Positions 32,156-42,810 are shown, numbered from the stretch's first letter. The stretch: DNA of 64,000 nt from an uncultured Candidatus Berkelbacteria bacterium (GCA_903851235.1 CAINNR010000030.1:13210-77209), one strand, 5' to 3'. Made by a program: numbers and translations. Notes: generated by a model from the sequence alone, not told the origin.

Positions 32156-33633
32156 TGACTGATTTATATAAACTAACAATTTCGGAAGCGGCGAAAAAGC
32201 TGAAAACCGGCGAGATTACCTCGCTGGATTTAACGCAATCCTGTTTGGATCGAATCGCCGAAGTTGAGCCGAAAATTCAGGCGTTTATTACCATTTGCAA
32301 CCAATCGGCAATTTCGCAAGCGAAGGAAAGTGATAGGCGTAGAACTGAAAACAAACCGCTTTCCGACCTCGACGGAGTTCCTTTTGCCGCCAAGGATTTG
32401 TTTTGTACCAAAGGAGTTTTGACAACGGCGGCTTCAAAAATTCTTAATGATTTTGTCCCCGATTTTGAGTCAACGGTGACAAAAAAATTGCTTGACGCCG
32501 GTTGTGTGCTTTTAGGCAAAACCAATCTTGATCAATTTGCAATGGGTTCATCAACTGAAACTTCGGCCTACAAAACGACAAAAAATCCTTGGGACTTGGC
32601 TCGCGTTCCCGGTGGATCGTCGGGTGGCTCGGCTGCTGCTGTTGCGGCCGATGAATGTATTTTTTCTTTGGGCACCGATACTGGCGGTTCAATCCGTCAG
32701 CCGGCATCGCTTTGCAGCGTCGTCGGACTAAAACCAACCTACGGTCGAGTCAGCCGATACGGCGTAATCGCAATGGCGTCGTCGCTTGATACCATCGGTC
32801 CGATCACCAAAACTGTTGAAGACGCGGCGATTGTGATGAATGTCATCGCCGGAATTGATGATAAAGACTCAACAACACTGCCGAATAAAACTCCGAATTA
32901 TAAAAAATCATTGGCCGGTGACATCTCCGGTTTGAAAATCGGAGTTCCAAAAGAGTTTTTTGGTCAAGGCATGAACAGCGAAGTTGAAAAGATCGTTCAA
33001 AGTGCGATTGATTTTTACCGGAGAAACGGCGCAGAAATTGTCGAAGTTTCTTTACCTCATGTAAAATACGCCCTTTCTGTCTACTATATTATTATGCCGG
33101 CGGAGGTCGCTTCGAATTTAGCCAGATTTGATGGTATCAGGTACGGTTATTCAAAAATCAAGAACCAAAAATCGGCGATAAAAAATCTGGAGGATGTTTA
33201 CATTTCCAGTCGAACCGAGGGTTTCGGCGATGAAGCCAAGCGGCGAATAATTTTGGGTAATTATGTTCTGTCCTCCGGTTATTACGACGCCTATTACAAG
33301 AAAGCTCAGCAGGTCCGAACTTTGGTCAAGAAAGATTTTGAAAAAGCTTTTGAAAAAGTTGATATTTTAATTACGCCTGTTTCACCAACCGCGGCTTTTA
33401 AAATCGGCGAAAAAACCGATGACCCGATGCAAATGTATTTATCGGATATCCACACGGTGCCAATAAATCCTGCCGGAGTGCCGGCAATTTCAATTCCCGC
33501 CGGTTTCACACTTGACAACTTGCCGGTTGGAATCCAAATCATCGGTCCGCATTTGGCTGAAGAGTCAATTTTCAAAGTCGCCAACGCTTTTCAACAAGCA
33601 ACTGATTTTCATCAAAGAAAGCCAAAAATTTGA
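32155..33633 (+). CDS. gatA: Asp/Glu-tRNA amidotransferase subunit A
   Basis: GGSSGGSAAAVAA, DTGGSIRQPA, SNLARFDG. Confidence 0.97.
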   Translation: MTDLYKLTISEAAKKLKTGEITSLDLTQSCLDRIAEVEPKIQAFITICNQSAISQAKESDRRRTENKPLSDLDGVPFAAKDLFCTKGVLTTAASKILNDFVPDFESTVTKKLLDAGCVLLGKTNLDQFAMGSSTETSAYKTTKNPWDLARVPGGSSGGSAAAVAADECIFSLGTDTGGSIRQPASLCSVVGLKPTYGRVSRYGVIAMASSLDTIGPITKTVEDAAIVMNVIAGIDDKDSTTLPNKTPNYKKSLAGDISGLKIGVPKEFFGQGMNSEVEKIVQSAIDFYRRNGAEIVEVSLPHVKYALSVYYIIMPAEVASNLARFDGIRYGYSKIKNQKSAIKNLEDVYISSRTEGFGDEAKRRIILGNYVLSSGYYDAYYKKAQQVRTLVKKDFEKAFEKVDILITPVSPTAAFKIGEKTDDPMQMYLSDIHTVPINPAGVPAISIPAGFTLDNLPVGIQIIGPHLAEESIFKVANAFQQATDFHQRKPKI

Positions 33634-33635
33634 TC

Positions 33636-34682
33636 ATGAGCAAAAAAATCACAGTGAAAAAATACGATGTGATAATCATCGGGGCAGGTCCGGCTGGACT
33701 TTCAGCTGCTAAAATTTTAGCTGAAAATGGCAAAACGGTTTTGGTTTTAGAAAAAAACAAGGTGATCGGTCCAAAAGTTTGTGCTGGTGGTTTGACGACC
33801 AAGGATTTTAAACTCGGAATTAATAAAAAAATCGCTGATAAATTTTTTTCAAAAGTCGTTTTGCATACGCCGTTGTTTGATGATGAAATAAAAGATGACA
33901 AGCCTTTTGTTGCAACTGTTGACCGAGGCAGGTTGGGTAAGCGTATGGTTAAGGAAGCCGAAAAAGTTGGAGCAGAAATAAAAATAGATGTTGAAGTGAA
34001 AGATATAAAAAATGCTTTTGTTGAAATAGCTGATGGCAAAAAAATCTACTACAAATACCTAATTGGTGCCGATGGCTCAAATTCCTTGGTAAGAAAAATA
34101 CTGAATATAAAAAAAGAAACCCAAATGATTGCTTTCCATTATAAAGTTGCGGAGAGACTTCCTGACATTGAATTATTTTTTAATGCTGAATTGTTCGGTG
34201 CCGGTTATGCCTGGATTTTTCCGCACAAAGATTTTACTTCAATTGGCTGTGGCGCCGATATTAGATTTTTAGTGGACGCTCAACAGCTTGAGGAAAATTT
34301 CAAAAAATGGGCAAGAGAAAATTATCCCAAAGTCCAGTTTAAAGTTGATGATCGCGAAGCCTGGTATATTAATTATGATTACAGGGGCCACGAATTCGGC
34401 AATAAATTTCTGGTTGGCGACGCGGCAGGTTTCGCTTCCGGTTTGACTGGTGAGGGAATGTATTTTGCGATGATTTCCGGCATAGAAATTGCGAAAAAAA
34501 TAATTGATCCAGAATATAATCAATCAAAATTGAAAGAAATCATAGCATTGAAGAAAAAACACGAGGACATTCTAAATTTAATGGAGAAAAATAAAGTTTT
34601 GTCTCAAATTGAATATAATCTACTTGGATTGGCACAAAAAAGTCGATTACTGGACAGTCTATTAATTGAGGAATTTTGTTAA
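33636..34682 (+). CDS. Geranylgeranyl-reductase-family FAD oxidoreductase
   Basis: GAGPAG, KVCAGG, GADG, GYAWIFP, GDAAG...GEG. Confidence 0.88.
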   Translation: MSKKITVKKYDVIIIGAGPAGLSAAKILAENGKTVLVLEKNKVIGPKVCAGGLTTKDFKLGINKKIADKFFSKVVLHTPLFDDEIKDDKPFVATVDRGRLGKRMVKEAEKVGAEIKIDVEVKDIKNAFVEIADGKKIYYKYLIGADGSNSLVRKILNIKKETQMIAFHYKVAERLPDIELFFNAELFGAGYAWIFPHKDFTSIGCGADIRFLVDAQQLEENFKKWARENYPKVQFKVDDREAWYINYDYRGHEFGNKFLVGDAAGFASGLTGEGMYFAMISGIEIAKKIIDPEYNQSKLKEIIALKKKHEDILNLMEKNKVLSQIEYNLLGLAQKSRLLDSLLIEEFC

Positions 34683-34688
34683 CAAACC

Positions 34689-35336
34689 ATGGGTAGAAAA
34701 CAACGCGAAAAAAAGGCAAGAAAAATAGAAGAGATGACGACTTTGGAGGAAGAGATGAAAGCCAAGGCTAATTTTTTCGACCCAAAAAAGTTTTTTTTGT
34801 CGCCAATCTTCATCATCTTTGTTATTTGTATTGTGGCTCTGATCGCCTACCCTTTTGTAAGCCAAAAGTATTTTCCGCAGGGGAAATACGCAATTTTAGA
34901 AACCTCCGAGGGCAATATTAAAATAGAGTTGCGAGCCGACAAAGCGCCAAAAACCGTTGCCAATTTTGTTTCATTGGCAAAATCCGGTTTTTACAAAAAT
35001 ATGATTTGGCACCGAGTGGTTAAAGGTTTTGTTATTCAAACCGGTGACCCGACCGGAACCGGAACCGGTGGCGCCGGGAGACAGGTCAATGATGAAATTT
35101 CCGATTTGAATTTTACCGCCGGTATTGTCGGTATGGCGAATGCCGGAGCCAACACCAATGACTCGCAATTTTTTATCACCACAGTCGATGGCCAAACATC
35201 ACTCAACGGAAAATATACTTCGTTCGGTCAAGTTGTCGAAGGCATGGACGTGGTAAAAAAAATTGAAGCGACACCAACCGATTCCAACGAAAAACCGCTT
35301 TCACCGGTTTATCTAAAAAGTGTGATATTAAAATAA
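34689..35336 (+). CDS. Membrane-anchored cyclophilin-type PPIase
   Basis: APKTVANF, HRVVKGFVIQTGDP, MANAG, SQFFI. Confidence 0.93.
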   Translation: MGRKQREKKARKIEEMTTLEEEMKAKANFFDPKKFFLSPIFIIFVICIVALIAYPFVSQKYFPQGKYAILETSEGNIKIELRADKAPKTVANFVSLAKSGFYKNMIWHRVVKGFVIQTGDPTGTGTGGAGRQVNDEISDLNFTAGIVGMANAGANTNDSQFFITTVDGQTSLNGKYTSFGQVVEGMDVVKKIEATPTDSNEKPLSPVYLKSVILK

Positions 35337-36077
35337 TGGAATCATTAGCAGAAAAAAATTTTATTTTTTTAGATGAGTCTGGAAAACCTGAAGTGTTTTC
35401 AAGTCGCGGAGTAAATTTAGTTGTAAAAAATCAGGCATCAAAATTCTTAGTTATTTCAGCGATCGGAACAACGGACCAACTTGATATACAAAGAAAAGTT
35501 ACAGCTTTTCGATCAGCTTTTGAATGATAACCAATTGACCAAAATTTTTTTGTCAGCGTACACACCAGATGCATTTCATGCGCAAGTTGATTACCCTGAA
35601 GTAATGGAAAAATTTTATGTTTTTATTAATTCTTTGAAAGAAAATAAAATAGATGTTATCGTGGTTGACAAATTGAGATGTTACGTGCCACTCCAACAAA
35701 ATTCTGGGAAAATGTATGGGGTTATGGCTGGACAATTATTGAAGAATATCTGTCATCAATCAAACAATACTGAGGTTATTTTTTCAAGAAAAGATAGCAA
35801 ATTAAAACTTCAAAAAGAACTTGAAGCCGAAGTAGAGAAAGTCCGGTTAGACTATTTACAGCAACATCCGAATTTAGATGCTAAATATTCATTGGCATAT
35901 CATCACAATCCACATTACACTCACGGTGCTTTACAAATAGCTGATTATATTTCTTTCGCGGTTTTTCAGGTTTTCGAAAATCAAAATAGAAAATGGTATG
36001 ATTTGGTTAAGCCGAGCATTGGCAAAATTCAAGATATATGTAATAAAAAATACTTCACTCGTAGCAACCCGCTGTAA
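35336..36077 (+). pseudogene. DUF3800-like protein split by +1 frameshift near 35515
   Basis: First ORF has IFLDESG; second ORF (35481..36077) has FHA and LQIADY; the frames overlap. Confidence 0.8.
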
Positions 36078-36143
36078 CTATCCAATTAAGGAAGTGCGAA
36101 CTTCGCACGTTTCATTCAGCGATTTGCTACCAATGAAGTATCT
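36045..36143 (-). ncRNA. Predicted ~95-nt structured antisense RNA at DUF3800 3' end
   Basis: Minus-strand TTGACA-18-TATACT (36179..36150); long closing stem, two inner hairpins, U-tract. Confidence 0.65.
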
Positions 36144-36336
36144 GTAGTAAGTATAACAAAGTGTGATAAAGTATGTCAATAGTCTAACAATAAAAAAATG
36201 GGAGGCGTTGCGACGTGACACGTAGTCAAGCGTTCGTTTGATCCTAGCATATCAAACTGTAAAGTAGTTTTTTCAAACTAAGGGAGAAAAATGAGCGAAA
36301 CATTGAAACCGGAAAAGAATAAACAAAATTAAAATA

Positions 36337-36771
36337 ATGTCAAGGCGTAATCAACAAACCGTTTTAGAGAAAATTGTTCTGGGCATTTTTGCCGGGATTT
36401 GGTGGCTCGTGAAATTGCCGTTTCGTCGGAAAAAAAGTGGCGGAAAAATTTCTCTTGCCGACCAAAAGTATATTATGTCCAAACGTCATGAAATTGAAAA
36501 AATGGCCCAAAGTGATAATATATATGAGTTAAAGCATGCGGTAATTGAGGCTGATATATTGGTTGATTTTATTTTGAAAAAGCGTGGATTTGCCGGTGAA
36601 ACTTTTGCTGACCGGTTGCGTAGTGCCGAGAAAAAAATCGATCAGGCGAATTATCAAAATCTTTGGAACGCCCACAAAGTTCGAAACCAAATCGCCCACG
36701 ACGATGTGGAAATTAGTAAAGGACAATTAATAAAAGCAATAAGAACATTAATGGAGGATTATTATGCCTGA
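36337..36771 (+). CDS. Membrane-anchored protein with HEPN-like RxxxxH motif
   Basis: AVIEAD, GETFADRL, WNAHKVRNQIAH. Confidence 0.75.
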   Translation: MSRRNQQTVLEKIVLGIFAGIWWLVKLPFRRKKSGGKISLADQKYIMSKRHEIEKMAQSDNIYELKHAVIEADILVDFILKKRGFAGETFADRLRSAEKKIDQANYQNLWNAHKVRNQIAHDDVEISKGQLIKAIRTLMEDYYA

Positions 36772-37213
36772 AGGATTACCCGGTTTTAATTCGGAATCAG
36801 TGACAAACCAACGACTTAGCCAGATTGAAAAAACTAGAGATAAATTAAATAATCTAATTTCTTCTCTGGCGTCCGGTTATCATTATTTTTTACCAACGGC
36901 AGCTCAAACGACAAAATTTTTTGCTGAAAGCAGCCCTGATTCAGCAGGCTTCCATAAAATGAATGATAGGCGGCAAAAGCTTGCGGAAATTGGTGTTGAT
37001 ATTAGTCGGCAGATGGAAGTTTATGACTTAACCCAAGAGGAAGTAAATAGTTACGAAGGGATTATTTCCGCCGCCAAAAGTTCGGGTGAGGTAAATGATG
37101 AGGAACTGGATGCAGTTGAAGCAACAGAAAAAAAGATGATTGAAATTTATCAGGCACTGAAAAAAATGGGTTACGAAGATAGTGATTTGGGAGTGGCCGA
37201 AACATCGGAGTGA
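36764..37213 (+). CDS. Acidic hypothetical protein
   Basis: GGAGG SD, 149 aa, packed between neighbours. Confidence 0.7.
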   Translation: MPEGLPGFNSESVTNQRLSQIEKTRDKLNNLISSLASGYHYFLPTAAQTTKFFAESSPDSAGFHKMNDRRQKLAEIGVDISRQMEVYDLTQEEVNSYEGIISAAKSSGEVNDEELDAVEATEKKMIEIYQALKKMGYEDSDLGVAETSE

Positions 37214-37216
37214 GAA

Positions 37217-38632
37217 ATGCCAGAGTTTAAAACCATAATCGGGCTGGAAATTCATTGCCAGCTGAAAACCAAGAGTAAAATGTTTTGCTCCTGTAATAAT
37301 AATGCTGAGAATGCCGAACCGAACACTTTGGTTTGTCCGGTCTGTTTGGCGATGCCGGGAACTTTACCGGTGACAAACCAAACGGCGGTTGAAATGACGG
37401 TGATGACTGGCTTGGCGTTTGGCTGTCAGATTCCGGTTGAGTCCAAGTTTGACCGCAAGCACTATTTTTATCCTGATTTGCCGAAAGGTTATCAAATATC
37501 TCAATATGATCAGCCACTTTGCAAAGGTGGAAGTGTTGAAATTAATGACCATATTATCCGTCTAAACAGAATTCATTTGGAGGAAGATGCTGGTAAGTTG
37601 ACTCATCCTGTTGGCAAAGATCACTCATTGGTTGATTTAAATCGGGCCGGAACACCGTTGATGGAGATCGTTTCCGAGCCGGATATTACTACGCCGGCGG
37701 AGGCGCGACAATTTATGGAGGAGTTGCAACTTGCGCTTCGTTATCTTGGAGTCTCAGACGCCGATATGGAAAAGGGACATTTGCGCTGTGACGCCAATAT
37801 TTCGATCCAAAAGAACGGGAAATCATCACCAATTGTTGAGATAAAAAACCTGAATTCCTTTAAATTCGTTGAACAGGCTTTAGCGTTTGAGGAGAAGAGA
37901 TTGACGGCGGATTTTGCCAATTGGCCGGAAAATCGACTTAAAATCACTCGCGGTTTTGATTCAAATAAAGGAATTACTTTTGAACAGCGACGAAAAGAGG
38001 AAGCGGCTGATTATCGCTATTTTCCCGAACCGGATCTACCGCCGATTCAGATTTCAGAGAGTCGGATATCAGAGATCAAGAAAGAAATCAAGGAATTGCC
38101 GAAACAGAAGCATCAGAGATATGTTGATGCCGGAATTCGGCCGGATATAGCGGAGAAATTGATTCGCCAGCCACAGCTGGTTGAATATTTGGAGAGCGCA
38201 GCCGAGTTGAAGCATGATATAGCATTGTTTGTTTCCGAAGAAGTTAGCCGGGCGTTGGTTGAAAATAAAATATCATTTGCCGATTATCAAAAACGCGTGC
38301 CGATTTCCAAAATCGCCGATTTATTGAATTTGGTCGGCGAAGGAATTATTTCAAAAACTTCCGCCAAAGAGATCTTCGCAGAAATGATAATGACAGGCGA
38401 GGCGCCGGCTGGTATAATTAAAAAGCAGGGGCTAGAGCAGGTTTCAGATTGCTCTGAGCTCGAATCGACAATCAATCGAGTCGTTGATGAAAATCCGGAT
38501 CTGGTTGAAAAATATCGAGCCGGGAAGACACAGGTTATCGGTTTTTTTGTCGGGAAAATTATGCAAACAACTAAAGGTAAAGCAAATCCGCAAGTCTTGA
38601 ATAGGTTGTTGACCCAAAGGCTTTCAAAATAA
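37217..38632 (+). CDS. gatB: Asp/Glu-tRNA amidotransferase subunit B
   Basis: IGLEIH, YFYPDLPKGYQISQ, HLEEDAGK, YRYFPEPDL. Confidence 0.97.
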   Translation: MPEFKTIIGLEIHCQLKTKSKMFCSCNNNAENAEPNTLVCPVCLAMPGTLPVTNQTAVEMTVMTGLAFGCQIPVESKFDRKHYFYPDLPKGYQISQYDQPLCKGGSVEINDHIIRLNRIHLEEDAGKLTHPVGKDHSLVDLNRAGTPLMEIVSEPDITTPAEARQFMEELQLALRYLGVSDADMEKGHLRCDANISIQKNGKSSPIVEIKNLNSFKFVEQALAFEEKRLTADFANWPENRLKITRGFDSNKGITFEQRRKEEAADYRYFPEPDLPPIQISESRISEIKKEIKELPKQKHQRYVDAGIRPDIAEKLIRQPQLVEYLESAAELKHDIALFVSEEVSRALVENKISFADYQKRVPISKIADLLNLVGEGIISKTSAKEIFAEMIMTGEAPAGIIKKQGLEQVSDCSELESTINRVVDENPDLVEKYRAGKTQVIGFFVGKIMQTTKGKANPQVLNRLLTQRLSK

Positions 38633-38687
38633 ATAATTTCAGCAGAATTTCAACTGACAAGTTCAGTATATTAAAAAGGAGAAATAA

Positions 38688-39260
38688 ATGGACACCATTC
38701 TCAGCATCCCCGAAAGGTTTTGGCAACCGATCGCCAATTTTGGTCCGAAAATTCCAACAATCATTATTAGTTTGGTTGTCGGTTATTTTATTATCCAGAT
38801 AATTACCGCTGTCTTGAATCGAGCTTTAAAATTTTCAAAAATGCCACGAGCGTTGATTTCCGTCATCGTATCATTGGCGTTGATTGTAATGTGGGTGGCG
38901 CTCTTTGCTGAAATTGCTAGAGAACTTGGTTTGGGATCGCTGGCAGTTACCATTTCTGGATCGCTGGCAGTTCTGGCCTTGGCATTGGCTTCCGGAGCTT
39001 CCGGGTTGGCGGCTGATATCATCTCCGGCGTATTTTTGGCTCGGGATCCCGACTTTGAAATCGGCTACAAAATAAAAGTTGGCGATGTGATAGGGATTGT
39101 TCACAGCGTTGATATTCGAAAAATCAGGGTTGTTGACGATGCCGGTATTATCTATATTTTTCCAAATGCCAAGTTGGACAAAGAGGGCTGGCAGGTCGTT
39201 TCCCGTGATGTTGCAGACAATAAAATTGATATTAAAAAGTTGTTAAATAAACAGAAATAA
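38688..39260 (+). CDS. MscS-family small mechanosensitive channel
   Basis: 3 TM, DIISGVFL...FEIGYKI...FPN. Confidence 0.75.
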   Translation: MDTILSIPERFWQPIANFGPKIPTIIISLVVGYFIIQIITAVLNRALKFSKMPRALISVIVSLALIVMWVALFAEIARELGLGSLAVTISGSLAVLALALASGASGLAADIISGVFLARDPDFEIGYKIKVGDVIGIVHSVDIRKIRVVDDAGIIYIFPNAKLDKEGWQVVSRDVADNKIDIKKLLNKQK

Positions 39261-39273
39261 AAGGAGAACTAAA

Positions 39274-40482
39274 ATGCCGAAGATTGAGTATGAAAATCCA
39301 AGTGATTTAGAAGCAATAAAGCCGAAAAAGAAACGGGGAAAGTTTGGGTTGATAATATTGATAGTTGTGATTTCATTAATTTTTGGCTCGGTTTCCGGTG
39401 TCGGCAGCATTATTTTGTTGTCAAAAAATAATGGCAGTTTGGCAAAAAAAATCGGTTTTATCAATTGGGACAATTTAACTATCCCGCTGACAGAAACAAA
39501 AAAAATTAATGTTCAAGAATCGAGCGCGATTATCGATAGCGCAAATAAGGTTTCTCCGGCAGTGGTTTCAATCGTCGCTAAATCTCAGGTGCAAACGATT
39601 TTTGGTGATACCTCTCAATCAGAGAGTGCCGGCACTGGTTTTATTATCACTTCTGATGGTTTGATTTTAACCAATAAGCATGTCGTGTCTGATGCCAATG
39701 CAACATATACGGTTATCGCCGCCGACGGCAAAAATTATGACGGCAAAATTCAATCAATCGATCCATTAAATGATTTGGCTGTGGTAAAAATTACTGCCAC
39801 CGGACTTCCGGTGGTTGAGCTTGGCGATTCTGATCAACTTTCAGTCGGCCAGTGGGTGGTGGCAATCGGTAATGCTTTGGGACAATATCAAAACACGGTG
39901 ACTGCCGGAGTGATTTCGGCCAAACAGCGGGATATTCAAGCCAGTGATTCAACTGGTGCAGCAACTGAAAATCTTTCAGGAATGTTGCAAACCGACGCGG
40001 CAATCAACTCCGGAAATTCCGGTGGGCCATTGGTTAATTTGCAAGGCCAGGTTATTGGAATTAACACTGCGGTTGCGTCCGGTGCGCAGGGAATCGGTTT
40101 TGCGATTCCGATCAATGCCGCCAAAAGCGCTATCGATTCAATCAAAAAAACCGGCAAAATTACTCGACCATATCTGGGGATCCGATATCTACCGATTACT
40201 CCGGATATCGCCAAAACCAATAATTTAAAATATGATTACGGCGCACTTGTAGTTCGTGGAAACGGCATCGGACAAGTCGCTGTTGTTCCCGGTAGCCCAG
40301 CCGACAAAGCTGGAATAGTTGAAAATGATATTGTTTTGGAGATTAACGGTGAACGAATTGACAGTACAAACAGTCTAACCTCATTGCTTTCAAAATATAA
40401 CGTAGGCGATACTGTGTCGCTGAAAATCTCTCACGCCGGCAGCGAAAAAACAGTCAAAGTCATGTTGCAATCGATGTCGTAG
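39274..40482 (+). CDS. htrA: HtrA/DegP-like serine protease with PDZ
   Basis: TNKHVV, DLAVVK, QTDAAINSGNSGGPL. Confidence 0.93.
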   Translation: MPKIEYENPSDLEAIKPKKKRGKFGLIILIVVISLIFGSVSGVGSIILLSKNNGSLAKKIGFINWDNLTIPLTETKKINVQESSAIIDSANKVSPAVVSIVAKSQVQTIFGDTSQSESAGTGFIITSDGLILTNKHVVSDANATYTVIAADGKNYDGKIQSIDPLNDLAVVKITATGLPVVELGDSDQLSVGQWVVAIGNALGQYQNTVTAGVISAKQRDIQASDSTGAATENLSGMLQTDAAINSGNSGGPLVNLQGQVIGINTAVASGAQGIGFAIPINAAKSAIDSIKKTGKITRPYLGIRYLPITPDIAKTNNLKYDYGALVVRGNGIGQVAVVPGSPADKAGIVENDIVLEINGERIDSTNSLTSLLSKYNVGDTVSLKISHAGSEKTVKVMLQSMS

Positions 40483-40486
40483 TATT

Positions 40487-41320
40487 TTAATTTGATATCC
40501 GAATAAATCTGTTTTTGCCCGAGTAATCTTTCAAAATTTCGATATTTTCAAAATCCTTGGTGGCAGATCGCGCCAGGGATTTTGCGTTTCTCGGATCGAC
40601 TTCGATTAAAATTTGACCGCCATCGGCAAGAAAATTTTTCGCCTCAGATAAAAAATTCTTTATTATCATCTCACCATTATTATCGGCAAAAATCGCCGTT
40701 TGTGGTTCGTGTTTTATTTCCCTGTCACTTGATCCGTCAATCGGAACATAGGGTAAATTGGCAACTATCAAATCAAATTTTCCGCTGATTTTTTCAAAAA
40801 GATTGGATTGGATAAATTCAATTTTAACTTGGTGATTATTGGCATTTTTTCTGGCTACTATCAATGCTTTTTTAGAAACATCGGATGCGAAAAAAATGGC
40901 GGTTGGCAGATTACAATTGGTGGCAATCGAGATAATTATATTTCCACTACCGCTGCCAATATCGAGAACAGTTTGTGGTTTGTGATTGGAAGTTTGTAGA
41001 AAATCCAAACATTTCTCGACCAGCAGTTCCGTTTCCGGCCTTGGAATCAAAACATCTGGTGTCAACAAAAAATCCAAACCAAAAAATTCCTTATGGCCGG
41101 TAATATAGGCGATCGGCTCGTGCAGCTTCCGCCTGGCGACCAATTTGCTTAGATCATCAACTTCAATATCCGATAATTCATATTCGGGATGCGCCAATAA
41201 AAATTCTCGCGATTTTCCGCTTGCGAATTCCAACAAAATTCTTGCATCAATCTCCGCCGACAAAATTCCGGCGGATTTTAATATATCGGTAGAGTTTTTT
41301 AATAGTTTCGATATTGACAT
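40487..41320 (-). CDS. prmC: Release factor glutamine methyltransferase
   Basis: EPIAYI, VLIPRPETE, DIGSGSG, NLPY. Confidence 0.95.
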   Translation of the reverse strand: MSISKLLKNSTDILKSAGILSAEIDARILLEFASGKSREFLLAHPEYELSDIEVDDLSKLVARRKLHEPIAYITGHKEFFGLDFLLTPDVLIPRPETELLVEKCLDFLQTSNHKPQTVLDIGSGSGNIIISIATNCNLPTAIFFASDVSKKALIVARKNANNHQVKIEFIQSNLFEKISGKFDLIVANLPYVPIDGSSDREIKHEPQTAIFADNNGEMIIKNFLSEAKNFLADGGQILIEVDPRNAKSLARSATKDFENIEILKDYSGKNRFIRISN

Positions 41321-41382
41321 TTTTTACTACAATTGATATAAACAAAGTAGTCGAAACATCCTGCTGTGTCCGGAGGGGACAG

Positions 41383-41658
41383 ATGAATCGAGTAGTTGGT
41401 GTTTTGCAAAGAAACGATGAAAATGGTCTCTATGGAATTTTATTGGATCAGGATACCAGCCTCTGGTTATGTATTAGCCATTTCTTTGCACCAATGTACT
41501 TGGCATTCCTTGATAGAACGCTTCTGGGGAGGAAAGTTGAGCTGATTTATCCGATCAATCCTTTGAAGAATAGCAGACCGGAAAAAACTGCTATCCGACT
41601 GACTGTTGTGCCTGATGATACGCCAAATTGCTCTGGAGAAGAGTATATTGAGGATTGA
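41383..41658 (+). CDS. Orphan 91-aa protein in antisense unit between prfA and prmC
   Basis: TTGACA-17-TATAAA (41314-41342), GGAGG SD, terminator at 41667-41690. Confidence 0.65.
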   Translation: MNRVVGVLQRNDENGLYGILLDQDTSLWLCISHFFAPMYLAFLDRTLLGRKVELIYPINPLKNSRPEKTAIRLTVVPDDTPNCSGEEYIED

Positions 41659-41688
41659 ACTTACATGACCGCCAAATAGGCGGTCTTT

Positions 41689-42753
41689 TTAGTTCTTTTC
41701 AGCCAGCAATCTTTTTCGATCTTCGGAAATTAGAGCGGAAATTATCGGTTCTATGTCACCAGCCAAAATTTTTGGAATTCCGTGCCAACTTAGGTTAACA
41801 CGATGGTCGGTAATTCTATCTTGGGGAAAATTATAAGTTCTAATTTTTTCCGATCGATCGCCGGTGCCGATTTGTGATCGACGAGTATCGCCAAGTTCCT
41901 TTTGCTTCTTCTCATCTTCAGCCGCTAAAAGTCGTGAACGCAAAATCGACATCGCCTTGGTTTTATTTTTCAATTGTGATTTTTCGTCTTGACAGGTTAC
42001 GACCATCCCGGTTGGCAAATAGGTAATTCGAACCGCCGAATCGGTGGTATTAACTGACTGTCCGCCTGGCCCGGAGGAGCGAAAAACATCAATTCTAATA
42101 TCCCCAGCTTTAATTTCAATATCCTGTTCTTCGGCTTCCGGCAAAACGGCGACGGTAATCGTTGAGGTGTGAATTCTGCCGGCTTTCTCTGTTTCCGGAA
42201 CACGTTGGACTCGATGAACACCGGATTCGTACTTCATTTTGGAATAGACTTTGTCACCGGAAATTGAAAAGGTCAGCGATTTGATTCCACCAATGCTGGA
42301 ATTTTGAGCGTCTAAAATTTCAATCTTCCAACCCTGTTTTTCGGCGTAACGCGAGTACATACGGAAAATTTCGCTGCCAAAAAGTTCCGATTCGTCACCG
42401 CCAGCCGCCGGCCGAATCTCAATGAGTACATTTTTTTCGTCATTCGGATCTTTCGGGATTAATAGCAGTTCCATCTCTTTTTCCAATTCGGTTTTTTGCG
42501 CTCTTAAATTCGGTAGTTCTTCGGCGGCGATTTCTCGAAATTCTTCATCTTCGCCATTTTGGAATTCCTCATTTTCACGAATATTTTTCACAAGCGCCAA
42601 ATAGCGCTCAATCTTTCTGGCATCGTTTTCTAAATCGGCTTTTTGTTTTGATAATTGCGAAAGTTTTTCGCTATCGGAAAGATTAGCCGGATCGGAAAGT
42701 TCCTTTTCCAGCTGTTTAAAATCTGCCAATAATTTTTCGAGTTTTTCTTTCAT
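41689..42753 (-). CDS. prfA: Peptide chain release factor 1
   Basis: [26 protein letters not shown]. Confidence 0.97.
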   Translation of the reverse strand: MKEKLEKLLADFKQLEKELSDPANLSDSEKLSQLSKQKADLENDARKIERYLALVKNIRENEEFQNGEDEEFREIAAEELPNLRAQKTELEKEMELLLIPKDPNDEKNVLIEIRPAAGGDESELFGSEIFRMYSRYAEKQGWKIEILDAQNSSIGGIKSLTFSISGDKVYSKMKYESGVHRVQRVPETEKAGRIHTSTITVAVLPEAEEQDIEIKAGDIRIDVFRSSGPGGQSVNTTDSAVRITYLPTGMVVTCQDEKSQLKNKTKAMSILRSRLLAAEDEKKQKELGDTRRSQIGTGDRSEKIRTYNFPQDRITDHRVNLSWHGIPKILAGDIEPIISALISEDRKRLLAEKN

Positions 42754-42810
42754 AATTTATAAAAATCCAGATTGATTTCTCTTTCTGGATTTATTATATC
42801 GTAAAAACAG

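Noticed and set aside
35500-35530. Programmed frameshift in DUF3800
   Set aside because: No recognisable slippery heptamer or stimulatory structure; a simple indel is more parsimonious.
36195-36335. tRNA or other known RNA in the gap after DUF3800
   Set aside because: No cloverleaf or T-loop/CCA pattern; probably decayed sequence.
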